From Hyalangium minutum (GTDB lineage Bacteria; Myxococcota; Myxococcia; Myxococcales; Myxococcaceae): a stretch of DNA of 248,000 nt. Numbering within the stretch: the first letter of the stretch is position 1; each line of letters opens with the position of its first letter. Made by a program: the position numbers and the translations under genes. The notes under the pieces were generated by a model. The model was given only the letters and a program-made list of their open reading frames with translations. It was not told where the DNA came from and did no database searches. Location of the stretch: contig NZ_JMCB01000004.1 in NCBI RefSeq assembly GCF_000737315.1, positions 20,001 through 268,000 of the forward strand, written 5' to 3'. Shown here piece by piece: positions 103,913 to 115,629 of the stretch.

Positions 103913-104188
103913 CTACTTCTTGGCCGTGGTGCCTGGCTTCTTCGGGGCCGCCGGAGCGGGAGCCGGTGTGGCCGCTGGGGCGGGCTTCGCCGCGGCGAGC
104001 TTCAGCTGGTCGCGCTCCTGGCGCACCTTCTGGAAATTCCCCTCCAGCTCGGCGAGCTGGGTCTTCAGCTTCGTGTTCTCCTGGCGGAGGGCATCCGCGT
104101 CTCCCTTGGCCCGCTCCAGCTCTTTGGAAGGTCCGCACGCCACCAGGGGAGCGAGCGCCAGCACCAGGGCTGCCATCCACGCCTTCAT
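103913..104188 (-). CDS. Small coiled-coil lipoprotein (paralog 2)
   Basis: LVACGPSKEL; coiled coil; basic tail. Confidence 0.72.
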   Translation of the reverse strand: MKAWMAALVLALAPLVACGPSKELERAKGDADALRQENTKLKTQLAELEGNFQKVRQERDQLKLAAAKPAPAATPAPAPAAPKKPGTTAKK

Positions 104189-104430
104189 TCGTCTTCAACC
104201 TCCTGACAGGTCCGAGCCGGAGTCCGTCTCCGGGCTTGGCCTGAGCGGGAGGAGCCAAAGCAAGACGCGTTCCTCCCGTGCGTCCCGAGGGGCGCCCTGC
104301 GTGAGCTCAAGAAAACCGTGGCAGGAAGCCATGGCCACCCAGGTGTGTTGCCATGGCTGGATGCTCCCTTTTTCCGTTGTGTCGAGGGGGGCACCGCCCC
104401 ATCCTGAGGAAGGCTGTCATCAACGTTCCC

Positions 104431-107343
104431 ATGACTTCCTCCCCCTCCGAGCAGGAACAGGCCCTCCTGGGCGAGATCGCTCGCCTTCGCGCACTGGAGG
104501 ACGCCCTTCGCGTGGCCAACGAGCGCATCCAGCTGGCGCTGAACGCTGGAGCGGTGATTGGCACCTGGGTGTGGGACGTCCGAAGGGACCACTTCACGGC
104601 CGATGAGCGCTTTGCCCGGTCCTTCTCAATCAATCCGGAACTGGCGGCGCAAGGCCTTCCGTTGAGCGTGGTCATCACCTCCATCCACCCGGAGGACCGT
104701 CCTCGAATCGAAGCCCTGGTCGCCCGGACGGCGGAGATGGGGGGGCCCTATCGCGCCGAGTACCGGACACGCCAGCTCGATGGCTCCTACCTCTGGGTGG
104801 AGGCCAATGGCCACTGCGAGCACGGACCCGACGGCAAGCCGGACCGTTTCCCGGGGGTGCTGATCAACATCGACGAGCGGAAGAAGGCGGAGCTGCGCCA
104901 GGCCGCCCTCGTCGAGGTGGGCGACAAGCTTCGAGAGCTGGGCGACGCCGGCGAGGTGGCCCACGCCGCCATGGAGGTGGTCGGGCGGGTCATCGGCGTC
105001 ATCCGCGCCGGCTATGGCCGGGTCGACCCGGCCCTGCGAAAGGTGGAGATCGAGCAAGACTGGGTCAGTGCTCCCGGCGCGCTCAGCGTCCGGGGCGTGC
105101 ACGAGTTCACCCGGTACGGCACCTACATCGAGAACCTCGAGCGGGGCGAGGTGGTCAGCATCCGGGACATCGAGGTGGATTCCCGGACCATGGTGGGCGT
105201 GGAGAACCTGCGGCGGTTTGGCATCCGCGCGATGGTCAACGTGCCGTTGCTGGAGCAGGGGCGCCTGGTCGCGGTCCTGTTCCTTCATGACCGGGTGGTG
105301 CGCGACTGGTCTCCGGACGAGATCGAGTTCATGCGCAACGTGGCCGACCGCATCTGGGCAGCCAGCGAGCGCATCAAGGCCGTGGCGGAGCTGCGGCGGG
105401 CCAAAGAGACGCTCGAGCAGCGTGTCGCTCAGCGCACCCGCGAGCGCGATCGCCTCTGGAACGTCTCGCAGGATCTGCTGCTGGTGGCGGACTTCGAGGG
105501 CCGCTTCCTCAGCGTGAACCCCGCGTGGACCTTGGTGCTGGGCTGGACGGAAGCGGAGCTGTTGGGGAAGACCTCCCGCTGGCTGGAGCACCCGGAGGAC
105601 GGAGGAAAGACGCAGGCCGAGGTGGCGAGCCTGGCGGCGGGCTTCGCGACGCTGCGGTTCGAGAACACGTTCCGGCACAAGAACGGCACGTACCGCACCT
105701 TGTCCTGGACGGCGGTGCCGGTGCCGGAGGAGGGCGTGCTCTACGCCGTGGCGCGCGACATCACCGAGCAGCGCCAGACCGAGGATCAGCTGCGCCAGGC
105801 CCAGAAAATGGAGGCCATTGGCCAGCTGACGGGCGGCGTGGCGCACGACTTCAACAACCTGCTCCAGGTCGTCAGCGGCAACCTCCAGCTGCTCCAGCGG
105901 GACGTGGGCGGCAACCCGAACGCCCTGCGCCGCCTGCAGACGGCCGTCAGCGCCGTGGAGCGAGGCGCCAAGCTCGCGTCCCAGCTGCTCGCGTTCTCCC
106001 GCCGCCAGCCGCTCGAGCCACTGGTGCTCAACCTGGGCCGGCTGGTGCGCGGCATGGACGACATGCTGCGCCGCTCCCTGGGCGAGAACGTGGAGGTGGA
106101 GACGCTGGTCTCACCAGGGCTGTGGAACACCTCGGTGGATCCCAACCAGCTCGAGAACGTCATCCTCAACCTGGCCATCAACGCCCGGGATGCGATGGCG
106201 GGCACGGGCACGCTGACCATCGAAGTCAGCAACACCACGCTGGACGAGCGCTATGCCCAGCGTCACCCGGAGGTGGTGCCGGGGCCCTACGTGCTGCTGT
106301 CCGTCTCCGACACGGGCAGCGGCATGACTCCCGAGGTGCTCGAGCGGGCCTTCGAGCCCTTCTTCACCACCAAGCCCGAGGGCCGCGGCACCGGGCTGGG
106401 CCTGAGCATGGTGTATGGCTTCGTCCGGCAGAGCGGCGGCCACGTGACGATCCAGAGCGAGGTGGGGCGCGGCACGACGATTCAGATCTACCTGCCGCGC
106501 TCGTTCCAGGATGAGTCGGCGCCCGTGGAAGGCCTCACGGGCCCTGTCGAGGGCGGCACCGAGACGATCCTGGTGGTGGAGGATGACGCGCAGGTGCGGG
106601 CCACGGTGGTGGAGCTGCTGAGCGAGCTGGGCTACCAGGTGCTCAAGGCCGTGGATGGGCAGAGCGCGCTGGCGATCATCCAAAGCGGGGTGCCGGTGGA
106701 CCTGCTGTTCACGGATGTGGTGATGCCGGGGCCGGTGCGCAGCACGGAGCTGGCGCGGCTGGCCAAGGAGCTGGTGCCGCACATCGAGGTGCTCTTCACC
106801 TCGGGCTATGCGGAGGACGCCATCGTCCACGGGGGGCGGCTCGATCCCGGACTCCACCTGCTGAGCAAGCCCCACCGCCACGAGGACCTGGCGCGCAAGG
106901 TGCGGCAGCTGCTCAACCACCGGCAGCAGCGGCAGGCCCCCGAGTCCCCAGGTGCGAGGAAGACGCCCGTGCCCATTCCCTCTCTGCGGCTGCGCGTGCT
107001 GCTGGTGGAGGATGACGAGGAGATCCGCACGTCCACCCAGGAACTCCTGGACTTGCTCGGGCACGAGGTGGTGGCGGTGTCGAGCGCGGAGGCGGCGCGG
107101 GGCGCCTTGGCGGCGGGCGCCTTCGAGGTGCTCTTCACGGACGTGTCACTGCCGGGAGGCTCGGGCGCGGACCTGGCGCGTGAGGTGATGAAGCGCCATC
107201 CCGGGATGCGGGTCATCATCGCCTCGGGGGATGGGAGCGAGGCGATGAACGGGGAGCGCCCGGGCGTGGCCGTGCTGCTGCCCAAGCCCTACGCGCTGGC
107301 TCAGATTCAAGAGGCGCTCGCGCGAGTGGTGGCCTCTCGCTGA
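104431..107343 (+). CDS. Cytoplasmic PAS-GAF-PAS hybrid histidine kinase with two receivers
   Basis: HDFNNLL, NARDAM, GTGLGL, two receiver domains. Confidence 0.93.
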   Translation: MTSSPSEQEQALLGEIARLRALEDALRVANERIQLALNAGAVIGTWVWDVRRDHFTADERFARSFSINPELAAQGLPLSVVITSIHPEDRPRIEALVARTAEMGGPYRAEYRTRQLDGSYLWVEANGHCEHGPDGKPDRFPGVLINIDERKKAELRQAALVEVGDKLRELGDAGEVAHAAMEVVGRVIGVIRAGYGRVDPALRKVEIEQDWVSAPGALSVRGVHEFTRYGTYIENLERGEVVSIRDIEVDSRTMVGVENLRRFGIRAMVNVPLLEQGRLVAVLFLHDRVVRDWSPDEIEFMRNVADRIWAASERIKAVAELRRAKETLEQRVAQRTRERDRLWNVSQDLLLVADFEGRFLSVNPAWTLVLGWTEAELLGKTSRWLEHPEDGGKTQAEVASLAAGFATLRFENTFRHKNGTYRTLSWTAVPVPEEGVLYAVARDITEQRQTEDQLRQAQKMEAIGQLTGGVAHDFNNLLQVVSGNLQLLQRDVGGNPNALRRLQTAVSAVERGAKLASQLLAFSRRQPLEPLVLNLGRLVRGMDDMLRRSLGENVEVETLVSPGLWNTSVDPNQLENVILNLAINARDAMAGTGTLTIEVSNTTLDERYAQRHPEVVPGPYVLLSVSDTGSGMTPEVLERAFEPFFTTKPEGRGTGLGLSMVYGFVRQSGGHVTIQSEVGRGTTIQIYLPRSFQDESAPVEGLTGPVEGGTETILVVEDDAQVRATVVELLSELGYQVLKAVDGQSALAIIQSGVPVDLLFTDVVMPGPVRSTELARLAKELVPHIEVLFTSGYAEDAIVHGGRLDPGLHLLSKPHRHEDLARKVRQLLNHRQQRQAPESPGARKTPVPIPSLRLRVLLVEDDEEIRTSTQELLDLLGHEVVAVSSAEAARGALAAGAFEVLFTDVSLPGGSGADLAREVMKRHPGMRVIIASGDGSEAMNGERPGVAVLLPKPYALAQIQEALARVVASR

Positions 107344-107352
107344 GCCGTGGCG

Positions 107353-108936
<1,584 letters not shown>

Positions 108937-109063
108937 GGAAGAGCTTTAATCGTGTCCAGGAAAGCCGGGGAGTGAGGGATCTCCCGCTGGGGCCGAATGC
109001 GTCCACCAGCGCACGGTGCCGTGAGCGCTCGGTTCACTCCTGGACGTCTGCGTCACTTCTCGT

Positions 109064-109630
109064 TTAGAGCACCCGGCCGCGCAGCTCGGGGCTGGGGCGC
109101 TGGATGATCTCTGTGGTGAGCAGCAGGTGGGGTTCCACTGCCGCCGCCGCTCCTTCGAGCGCCGCCTCCACCATATGGAGCTCTCCGGCCAGGACGAAGA
109201 CGCCCTTGCCGCCGATGCCCCGCGCCAGCTGCAGCCGCTCCAGCACCACCTCGGCGCGCTTGAGCGCCGTGTCCGCGCACAGCAGCGCCGCGGCCACCGT
109301 GTGCGTCTCGACGATGCCCACGCTCTCTCCGAACGTGCCCGGGAAGCGGCCCTGGAGCCCGGCCACGAGCCCGTCCGCGGCCATGGGCAGCAGCAGCTTG
109401 TCCAGCAGCGTGCGGCCGGCCACCTCGAGCCCCTCCTGGAAGGACTCCTGCACCTCGGCCACGCCGCCGGAGAACAGCAGCAGGTACTTGCCCGGCGTCA
109501 CCGCCTCCGCCATTGCCAGTGTCACCGGTGCGCGCTTCACCACCGCGTCGGCCACGACGTAGCCGCGCGCGATGGAGTCCAGCTCCAGGAGCGCCAGCGC
109601 AGGGCCGGGAAGTGGCAGGGGATCAGACAA
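109064..109630 (-). CDS. BMC shell pseudohexamer (BMC-T, Haliangium T1-like)
   Basis: ALLELDSIARG..ADAVVKRA; VGIVET; second BMC domain. Confidence 0.9.
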   Translation of the reverse strand: MSDPLPLPGPALALLELDSIARGYVVADAVVKRAPVTLAMAEAVTPGKYLLLFSGGVAEVQESFQEGLEVAGRTLLDKLLLPMAADGLVAGLQGRFPGTFGESVGIVETHTVAAALLCADTALKRAEVVLERLQLARGIGGKGVFVLAGELHMVEAALEGAAAAVEPHLLLTTEIIQRPSPELRGRVL

Positions 109631-111149
109631 TGCGGAACGAGTCCTTGAGGGTGCAGCGCCGCTCGCGGGTGAAGCTCAGCGCGGTGGTGAGCCCCTCGCC
109701 CGTGGGGGAGGCGATGGTGAAGGAGGTGTAGCCCTCGCCCGTCATTCCCAGCCCGGCGAACGAGGGCCCGTTCTTCACGAAGATGGAAGTGTTGATGAGG
109801 CGCGCCATCGTGCTGAGGTGGTCCACGTTCGTGGAGTGCATGGTGGCCGTGTGCCCGAAGCCGTGCTCGGCCTGGACAGCGGCGGTGATGCAGTCCTCCA
109901 CGTTGCGCAGCCGCGTGAAGCCCATCACTGGCAGCAGCAGCTCCGCCTGGATGAACGGGTGGGTGGCGTCCACCTCGGCGAACAGCAGCCGCGTGCCCTG
110001 GGGCACCCGGATGCCCGCCGCGTCCGCGATCTTCTCCGCGTCCTTGCCCACCCAGTCCTTCACCGGGTGGCCGTCGTGGACTACCAGCTTCTCCAGCCGG
110101 TGGATGGCCGCGCCCGTCACCTCGTAGGCGCCGTAGCGCTCCATCTGCGCCTTGAGCTCGTCGGCGATGGAGGCCACCGCGAAGACTTCCTTCTCCACGA
110201 TGCAGACGATGTTGTTGTCCAGCGAGGCCCCGTCGACGATGTCCTTGGCCGCGCGGGCAATGTGAGCCGTCTCGTCCACCACGGCGGGCGGGTTGCCCGG
110301 GCCGGCGGCAATGGCCCGCTTGCCCGAGTTCATCGCCGCGCGCACCACCGCGGGCCCGCCCGTCACCACCAGCAGGCGCACGTTCTTGTGCTTCATCAGC
110401 GCCTGGGCCGAGTCGATCGTCGGCTCGGCCAGCGCGCACAGCAGGTTCTCCGGCCCGCCCGCGGAGACGATGGCCTCGTTGAGCAGCTGGATGTGGTACG
110501 CGCTCACCCGCTTGGCGCTCGGGTGCACGTTGAACACCACCGCGTTGCCCCCGGCGACCATGCCGATGCCGTTGTTGATGATCGTCTCGGTGGGGTTGGT
110601 GGTGGGGGTGATGGAGCCGATGACGCCGTAGGGCGCGCGCTCCAGCAGCGCCAGCCCGTGATCCCCGGTGAAGGCCACGGGCTTGAGGATCTCCGTGCCC
110701 GGCGTCTTGTTGGCGCACAGGAGGTTCTTCTTGATCTTGTCCTCCACGCGCCCCAGCCCCGTCTCTTTCACCGCCATCTCGGACAGCTCGCGGGCGGCGC
110801 GGCGGGTGGTCTCACGCATGGCCTCGATGGCGCGGTCCTTCACCTCGAGGGACAGCTCGCCCCACTCCTCGAAGGCAGCGCGGGCGGCGGTGGTGGCGGC
110901 GTCGAGGTCATCGAAGATGCCCTTGCGGCCCTTGTGGAAGGCGGGCGCGCGCGAGGGCACGGGAGGACGGGCCTCGGGGGTGAGGGGAGCGGTGCCATAG
111001 CGGCGCTCGCTGCCTCGCCGGTCATCCGCGTGGCCCTGAGGGGGCTGGGCGGGGGCGGGGACCGGCTGGGGGAGATCCGACAGCTCCTTGGAGAGCTTGC
111101 GGACCACCTGATCGACAATCGCGTCGATCTGCTTCGCGTCAAAGCTCAT
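109623..111149 (-). CDS. BMC aldehyde dehydrogenase (EutE/PduP-like) with N-terminal encapsulation peptide
   Basis: IDAIVDQVVRKL leader; TPTTNP; AGPGNPP; DNNIVCIVEK catalytic Cys. Confidence 0.93.
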   Translation of the reverse strand: MSFDAKQIDAIVDQVVRKLSKELSDLPQPVPAPAQPPQGHADDRRGSERRYGTAPLTPEARPPVPSRAPAFHKGRKGIFDDLDAATTAARAAFEEWGELSLEVKDRAIEAMRETTRRAARELSEMAVKETGLGRVEDKIKKNLLCANKTPGTEILKPVAFTGDHGLALLERAPYGVIGSITPTTNPTETIINNGIGMVAGGNAVVFNVHPSAKRVSAYHIQLLNEAIVSAGGPENLLCALAEPTIDSAQALMKHKNVRLLVVTGGPAVVRAAMNSGKRAIAAGPGNPPAVVDETAHIARAAKDIVDGASLDNNIVCIVEKEVFAVASIADELKAQMERYGAYEVTGAAIHRLEKLVVHDGHPVKDWVGKDAEKIADAAGIRVPQGTRLLFAEVDATHPFIQAELLLPVMGFTRLRNVEDCITAAVQAEHGFGHTATMHSTNVDHLSTMARLINTSIFVKNGPSFAGLGMTGEGYTSFTIASPTGEGLTTALSFTRERRCTLKDSFRIV

Positions 111150-111190
111150 CGGCGAGGCTCCTGGCGGGGCAGGGCGCCCGCCGCTTCACT

Positions 111191-111379
111191 TCACGAGGCG
111201 CGTGGCAGGGGCGGCACCTGCTCGGAGCCCTCGTAGTAGATGCTGGCGGTCTCCTTGCCGTAGACAACGAGGACCCGATCGCTCTGGGCGAGCAGATCGC
111301 CCGTCGCCTCGGTGACCTTGCGAACCAGGGAGTCAGACTGCGCCGAGCGTTTGGAGGCTCGGACTTTGACGACCGGCAT
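111191..111379 (-). CDS. 4-oxalocrotonate tautomerase-like small protein inside BMC operon
   Basis: (M)PVVKV...RS...LVRKVTEA...RVLVV...YYEG aligns by eye to 4-OT; AGGA RBS. Confidence 0.6.
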   Translation of the reverse strand: MPVVKVRASKRSAQSDSLVRKVTEATGDLLAQSDRVLVVYGKETASIYYEGSEQVPPLPRAS

Positions 111380-111388
111380 GGGGGATTC

Positions 111389-111679
111389 CTACTCCTTGAC
111401 GTACTTCAGTGTGCCGCCCACTTCCAACTGATCGACGATGGCCATGACGGTCGCGTCGACGGGGCGGTCCTTCGTCACCTTCGTCTGCCGGGCGCTGGAG
111501 CCAGAGCAGTAGAGCACCACCTCGCCCACGCCGGCGCCCACCGCATCCACGGCGACGACGACGGGGCCGGTGACTTTGCCCTCCAAGTCCATGCCGCGCA
111601 GCACGAGGAGCTTCAAGCCCTCGAGCTCCTGCTCTTTGCGCGTGGCGACCACCGTCCCCACGACCTTGCCCATCAGCAT
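111389..111679 (-). CDS. BMC vertex pentamer (EutN/CcmL)
   Basis: [12 protein letters not shown]...[15 protein letters not shown]...GSSAR...AIVD. Confidence 0.95.
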   Translation of the reverse strand: MLMGKVVGTVVATRKEQELEGLKLLVLRGMDLEGKVTGPVVVAVDAVGAGVGEVVLYCSGSSARQTKVTKDRPVDATVMAIVDQLEVGGTLKYVKE

Positions 111680-111712
111680 GCGCGGCTCCCGGGTGACTTA
111701 GAGGGGGACAGG

Positions 111713-112015
111713 TCAGGTCGTCCCAGCGTCCGTCTTGCCCTTGCGGCCGAGCGGCAGGACCTGGTCCAGGTTGCCGTGGGGGCGGGGAATCACGTGCACG
111801 GAGACCAGCTCGCCCACGCGCTCGGCGCCACGGGCTCCGGCCTCGGTGGCCGCCTTCACTGCCGCCACGTCGCCGCGGATGATGGCCGTCACGTAGCCGC
111901 CGCCGATCTTCTCGTAGCCGACGAACTCCACCTTCGCCGCCTTCACCATCGCGTCGGCCGCTTCGACCATGCCGACGAAGCCCTTCGTTTCGATCAGCCC
112001 GAGTGCATCCGCCAT
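111713..112015 (-). CDS. BMC shell hexamer (BMC-H)
   Basis: [34 protein letters not shown]. Confidence 0.97.
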   Translation of the reverse strand: MADALGLIETKGFVGMVEAADAMVKAAKVEFVGYEKIGGGYVTAIIRGDVAAVKAATEAGARGAERVGELVSVHVIPRPHGNLDQVLPLGRKGKTDAGTT

Positions 112016-112084
112016 CTGTTCGTTCCTCTCCGCTGCTGCGGTGAAATCACGTCACGCCGTCCCCGAGAGGGGCCGGCTGAAAAC

Positions 112085-112723
112085 TCACTTGTCCTTGAGA
112101 GACGCCGGCTCCTTGCCGGTGAGGCCCTTGAGCGCCGCCACCGCCGCCGCCGCCGCCGCGTCGATCTCCGCCTCGGAGCCGGCCATGTAGAGCCGGCCGA
112201 AGGCGCCGTACGGTGTCACATCCACCAGCTTCACGTTGGCCGCCTTCTCCGCCTCGTTGGCCGCCAGCGCCGCGTACGCCGCGGGCTCGCACTCGAGGAT
112301 GAAGAGGGACTCGCCGGGCTCAATCAGCGAGCCGAAGCGGATCTTGTCCAGGATCATCGCGTGCATCGGCTCGATGGCGCGGATGACGGTGTTGGAGACC
112401 AGCTTGGGCTTGATCCGGTCCTCTTCCTTGGCCTCCAGGAACTTGAGGATGGAGTCACCGGCGCTGCGCACCTCGCCCTTGTCCTCGTGGTGGACCTCGA
112501 GCATGCCGTAGGCGCGCTCGACCACCAGCGTGGCGGGGAACACCCGCGTGTTCTTGAGCGCGGTGTCGATGATCCCGTGGATGGCCATACCCGGCGCGAT
112601 CTCCACGAAGAGCGATGCCACGTAGGGCACCGGGAAATAGCCACGGCACGTGGTGCAGATGTGCGCGGCGAGCTGCGGCTGCAGCGAGTCGAGGAAAACG
112701 AACGCCCGGAGCGACGTGGCCAA
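112085..112723 (-). CDS. BMC double-stacking trimer (BMC-Tdp, Haliangium T2-like)
   Basis: [29 protein letters not shown]. Confidence 0.9.
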   Translation of the reverse strand: MATSLRAFVFLDSLQPQLAAHICTTCRGYFPVPYVASLFVEIAPGMAIHGIIDTALKNTRVFPATLVVERAYGMLEVHHEDKGEVRSAGDSILKFLEAKEEDRIKPKLVSNTVIRAIEPMHAMILDKIRFGSLIEPGESLFILECEPAAYAALAANEAEKAANVKLVDVTPYGAFGRLYMAGSEAEIDAAAAAAVAALKGLTGKEPASLKDK

Positions 112724-112817
112724 AACAACCCTCCCGGTACTGCCGGTAGAGGGACCTTGCTATAGCGAACCGAACACTTCGTTGACAAGCGCCGTCTGGA
112801 GTGGCGGTAAAGGTCGC

Positions 112818-113423
112818 ATGTCCCCCCAATTGCTCTTGATTTCCCTTGTATTCGGGCTCTCCACGGTGGCGGCCGCGCAGCCGGAAGAGGCTCCCCCTGC
112901 CACCCGCCGCGTAGGGCAGACGCCCGTCTGGCTGCCCCGTGGCGCCTTCCTGGGCACCTTCATCCGGAAGGGGGCGGTGGTTCCCCAGGCCCGGCTCCAG
113001 TGGCAGTTGACGCTCTTCCAGCAGAAGAAGGACGGCATCGTGCTCTTGATGGAGGGCGGAGGCGGGTGGGCCGCGGGGCTGCCGGACACGGCCGTGGAGG
113101 GCTTCGACGCGCCCATCCACTCTCTGTATGAGCACACGCTCATGTTCGGAGTGGGCTACCGCAACCAGGACCCGGCGGGTTTGCACTGGGGGTTTCAGGT
113201 CACGGGAGGACCTGTCTGGTATGGTGCGCATTACCGGGATCTCCCGGTTGAGCATGACTCGGCGGGGTTGATGGAGGGGCGTATCCACGTGGGATACCGC
113301 TTCGGGCCGGTGGTTCTGGGAGTGAGCGGCGGGTACGCCGAGCCCTTCAGCTACACGCGGCGCAGCGTGGCGCGTCAGTTCCTCGGGGGAGCGCAGTTCG
113401 GGTTCTTCGCGGATTGGAGATAA
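112818..113423 (+). CDS. Exported beta-strand-rich protein
   Basis: Signal peptide; ends GFFADWR. Confidence 0.55.
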   Translation: MSPQLLLISLVFGLSTVAAAQPEEAPPATRRVGQTPVWLPRGAFLGTFIRKGAVVPQARLQWQLTLFQQKKDGIVLLMEGGGGWAAGLPDTAVEGFDAPIHSLYEHTLMFGVGYRNQDPAGLHWGFQVTGGPVWYGAHYRDLPVEHDSAGLMEGRIHVGYRFGPVVLGVSGGYAEPFSYTRRSVARQFLGGAQFGFFADWR

Positions 113424-113509
113424 CCCTAGGCTCCTACCTGTCCTTGCCAGTCCTTCACAGGGCTGCGTAACGTGCGAAGTCATCCCCTCGGAGTCACGGG
113501 AGTGTCGCG

Positions 113510-114784
113510 GTGGCATTGACCACAGAAGCATTCGGTTTGACCGACGTTGGCCGGAAGCGTCAGCACAACGAAGATGCGATGTTGGTGGAGTCCCAGCTGG
113601 GGCTCTACATCGTCGCTGACGGCATGGGCGGTCACGCCGCGGGAGAGGTGGCCAGTGCGCGGGCGACCGAGGTCGTCAAGCAGCACATCACCGCGAACAA
113701 GCACCTGCTGAAGGATCTGGCCTCCAACCCGTCCCAGGACAGCCGGGCGGCGGCGGCGGCGCTGGTGGAAGTGGCCATCCAGCGGGCGTGCGCGGACATC
113801 TACAAGATGGCGCTGGCGGACGCGGCCAAGCGAGGCATGGGCACCACGTTCGTGTGCCTGGCGCTCAGCGGGAACAAGGGCGTCATTGGCCACGTGGGCG
113901 ACTCGCGCGTGTACCTGGTGCGCCACGGGCAGTGTCACCGGCTCACCGAGGACCACACGCTGGTGGCCGCACAGCTGAAGGCCGGCACCATCACCAAGGA
114001 GCAGGCGGCCAGCTCGCAGTACCGCAACGTGATTACCCGTGCGGTCGGCATCCAGGAGTCCGTGCAGGTGGACACCCTGATCGTCGACCTGATGCCGGGT
114101 GATGTCTTCATCCTCTGCTCGGACGGCCTGCACGGCTACATCGAGGACGAGGAGATGCTGCCGCTGGTCAGCACGGTGGCCATTGGCGATCTGCCCAAGA
114201 AGCTGATCGACACGGCCAACGAGCGCGGCGGCAAGGACAACATCACCGCCGTGGTGGTGAAGGTGGCTGGCGACGGCGCGGTGGCCAGCGAGGAGACGAG
114301 CGAGGCGCAGTCGCGCATGGAGGCGCTGCGGAAGATCCCGCTCTTCCGGCACCTCACGTACAAGGAGCAGACGGCGGTGCTGTCCATCGCCACCACGCGC
114401 ACGTTCCCCGCGGGGCGGGAGATTGTGGTGGAGGGCCAGCCGGGCGAGGAGCTGTTCGTCGTCATCCGCGGCCGGGTGGTGATTGAGAAGAACGGCGTGG
114501 AGATCGCCGAGCTGCGCGCCGGTGGGCACTTCGGAGAGATGGGGCTCATCGACAACGCGCCGCGCTCGGCGACGGTGCGCGCCACCGAGCCCACGCGAAC
114601 GATGGTCATCTCCCGGCCGGACCTGATGAGCCTGATGAAGCGCGAGTCCATCCTCGCGGTGAAGATGCTCTGGAGCTTCGTGCAGGTGCTGTCGGACCGG
114701 CTGCGCGCGACGAACTCGGAGCTGAGCGAGGCGCGCCAGGAACTGGCGGTGGCGCAGTCCGTCCAGCCCTTCGCCGAGGAGTAG
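113510..114784 (+). CDS. PP2C Ser/Thr phosphatase + cyclic-nucleotide-binding domain
   Basis: HNED, VADGMGG, CSDGL, DNIT; HFGEMGL..PRSATV. Confidence 0.93.
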   Translation: MALTTEAFGLTDVGRKRQHNEDAMLVESQLGLYIVADGMGGHAAGEVASARATEVVKQHITANKHLLKDLASNPSQDSRAAAAALVEVAIQRACADIYKMALADAAKRGMGTTFVCLALSGNKGVIGHVGDSRVYLVRHGQCHRLTEDHTLVAAQLKAGTITKEQAASSQYRNVITRAVGIQESVQVDTLIVDLMPGDVFILCSDGLHGYIEDEEMLPLVSTVAIGDLPKKLIDTANERGGKDNITAVVVKVAGDGAVASEETSEAQSRMEALRKIPLFRHLTYKEQTAVLSIATTRTFPAGREIVVEGQPGEELFVVIRGRVVIEKNGVEIAELRAGGHFGEMGLIDNAPRSATVRATEPTRTMVISRPDLMSLMKRESILAVKMLWSFVQVLSDRLRATNSELSEARQELAVAQSVQPFAEE

Positions 114785-114838
114785 GGTCCCCGGCGCCCCG
114801 GTGCCGCCCAAGGGCCGCGCACCGGGGCAGGCTGTGGG

Positions 114839-115603
114839 TCAGCGGAGGGAGTCCGTCACCTCGTAGGTGAGGGTCTGGAAGGAAGCCTCTCGGTACACCT
114901 GGAGCTGCACCGTGCCGCCGGGTGTGGACAGCCGATCGGCCAGGGCTCCCAGTTGGTCAGGGGAGAGCGGCGCTCCATTCATGCGGAACAGCACATCTCC
115001 CTCGTGGAGGCCGAGCCGCGCGAAGACTCCGTTCTCCTGAACGTCGGTGAGCTGGATGGCGGGCTGTGGAAACACCCTCAGGGTCTCCGCATGCGCGCCC
115101 AGGCCGTATTTGCCGCGGAGCTGCGACACCACGCTGCTTTTCACCTTCCAACGGAGCCGGCCCTCGTGGACGGCGGCCGTGTCGAAGCGGTGGCGGATGA
115201 CGCGCAGGGACACGTCCCGGCCCACCGGGAGCAGCTGGGAGCCCTCGGGCCCCGTGAGCTGGAGCCCTGCGGAGGTGATGGCCGTCACCCGGAGATTGCG
115301 GCCCAGCAGCTCTCCCACGTGCAGGTTGCGCGTCTCCCAGGTCTCCGTGTCCGCCAGCGTCGCGAAGGACTCGGTTCGAACGGGGCTGAGCTGGACTCCG
115401 AAGAGGCGATAGCGGGCGGTGCGCGCCTCATACGCCGCCGCCGCGTCGCCCAGCTCCGGTGCCAGCAGGTCCGCGAGCTCCGCCTCACCCACCTCCGTGC
115501 GCGGTGCCTCCCCAGTGTTTCCCTCCGGCGGCTGCGCTTCATTGGAGCAACCGGCGAGCGTCACCACAACCATTCCCCACAGCAACACAGACATGCTCTT
115601 CAT
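114839..115603 (-). CDS. Lipoprotein with C-terminal PDZ-like domain (GspC-like)
   Basis: LAGC lipobox; ARLGLHEGDVL..MNG. Confidence 0.6.
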   Translation of the reverse strand: MKSMSVLLWGMVVVTLAGCSNEAQPPEGNTGEAPRTEVGEAELADLLAPELGDAAAAYEARTARYRLFGVQLSPVRTESFATLADTETWETRNLHVGELLGRNLRVTAITSAGLQLTGPEGSQLLPVGRDVSLRVIRHRFDTAAVHEGRLRWKVKSSVVSQLRGKYGLGAHAETLRVFPQPAIQLTDVQENGVFARLGLHEGDVLFRMNGAPLSPDQLGALADRLSTPGGTVQLQVYREASFQTLTYEVTDSLR

Positions 115604-115629
115604 GGTGGTTCCCCCTGGAAGGACGGCCG

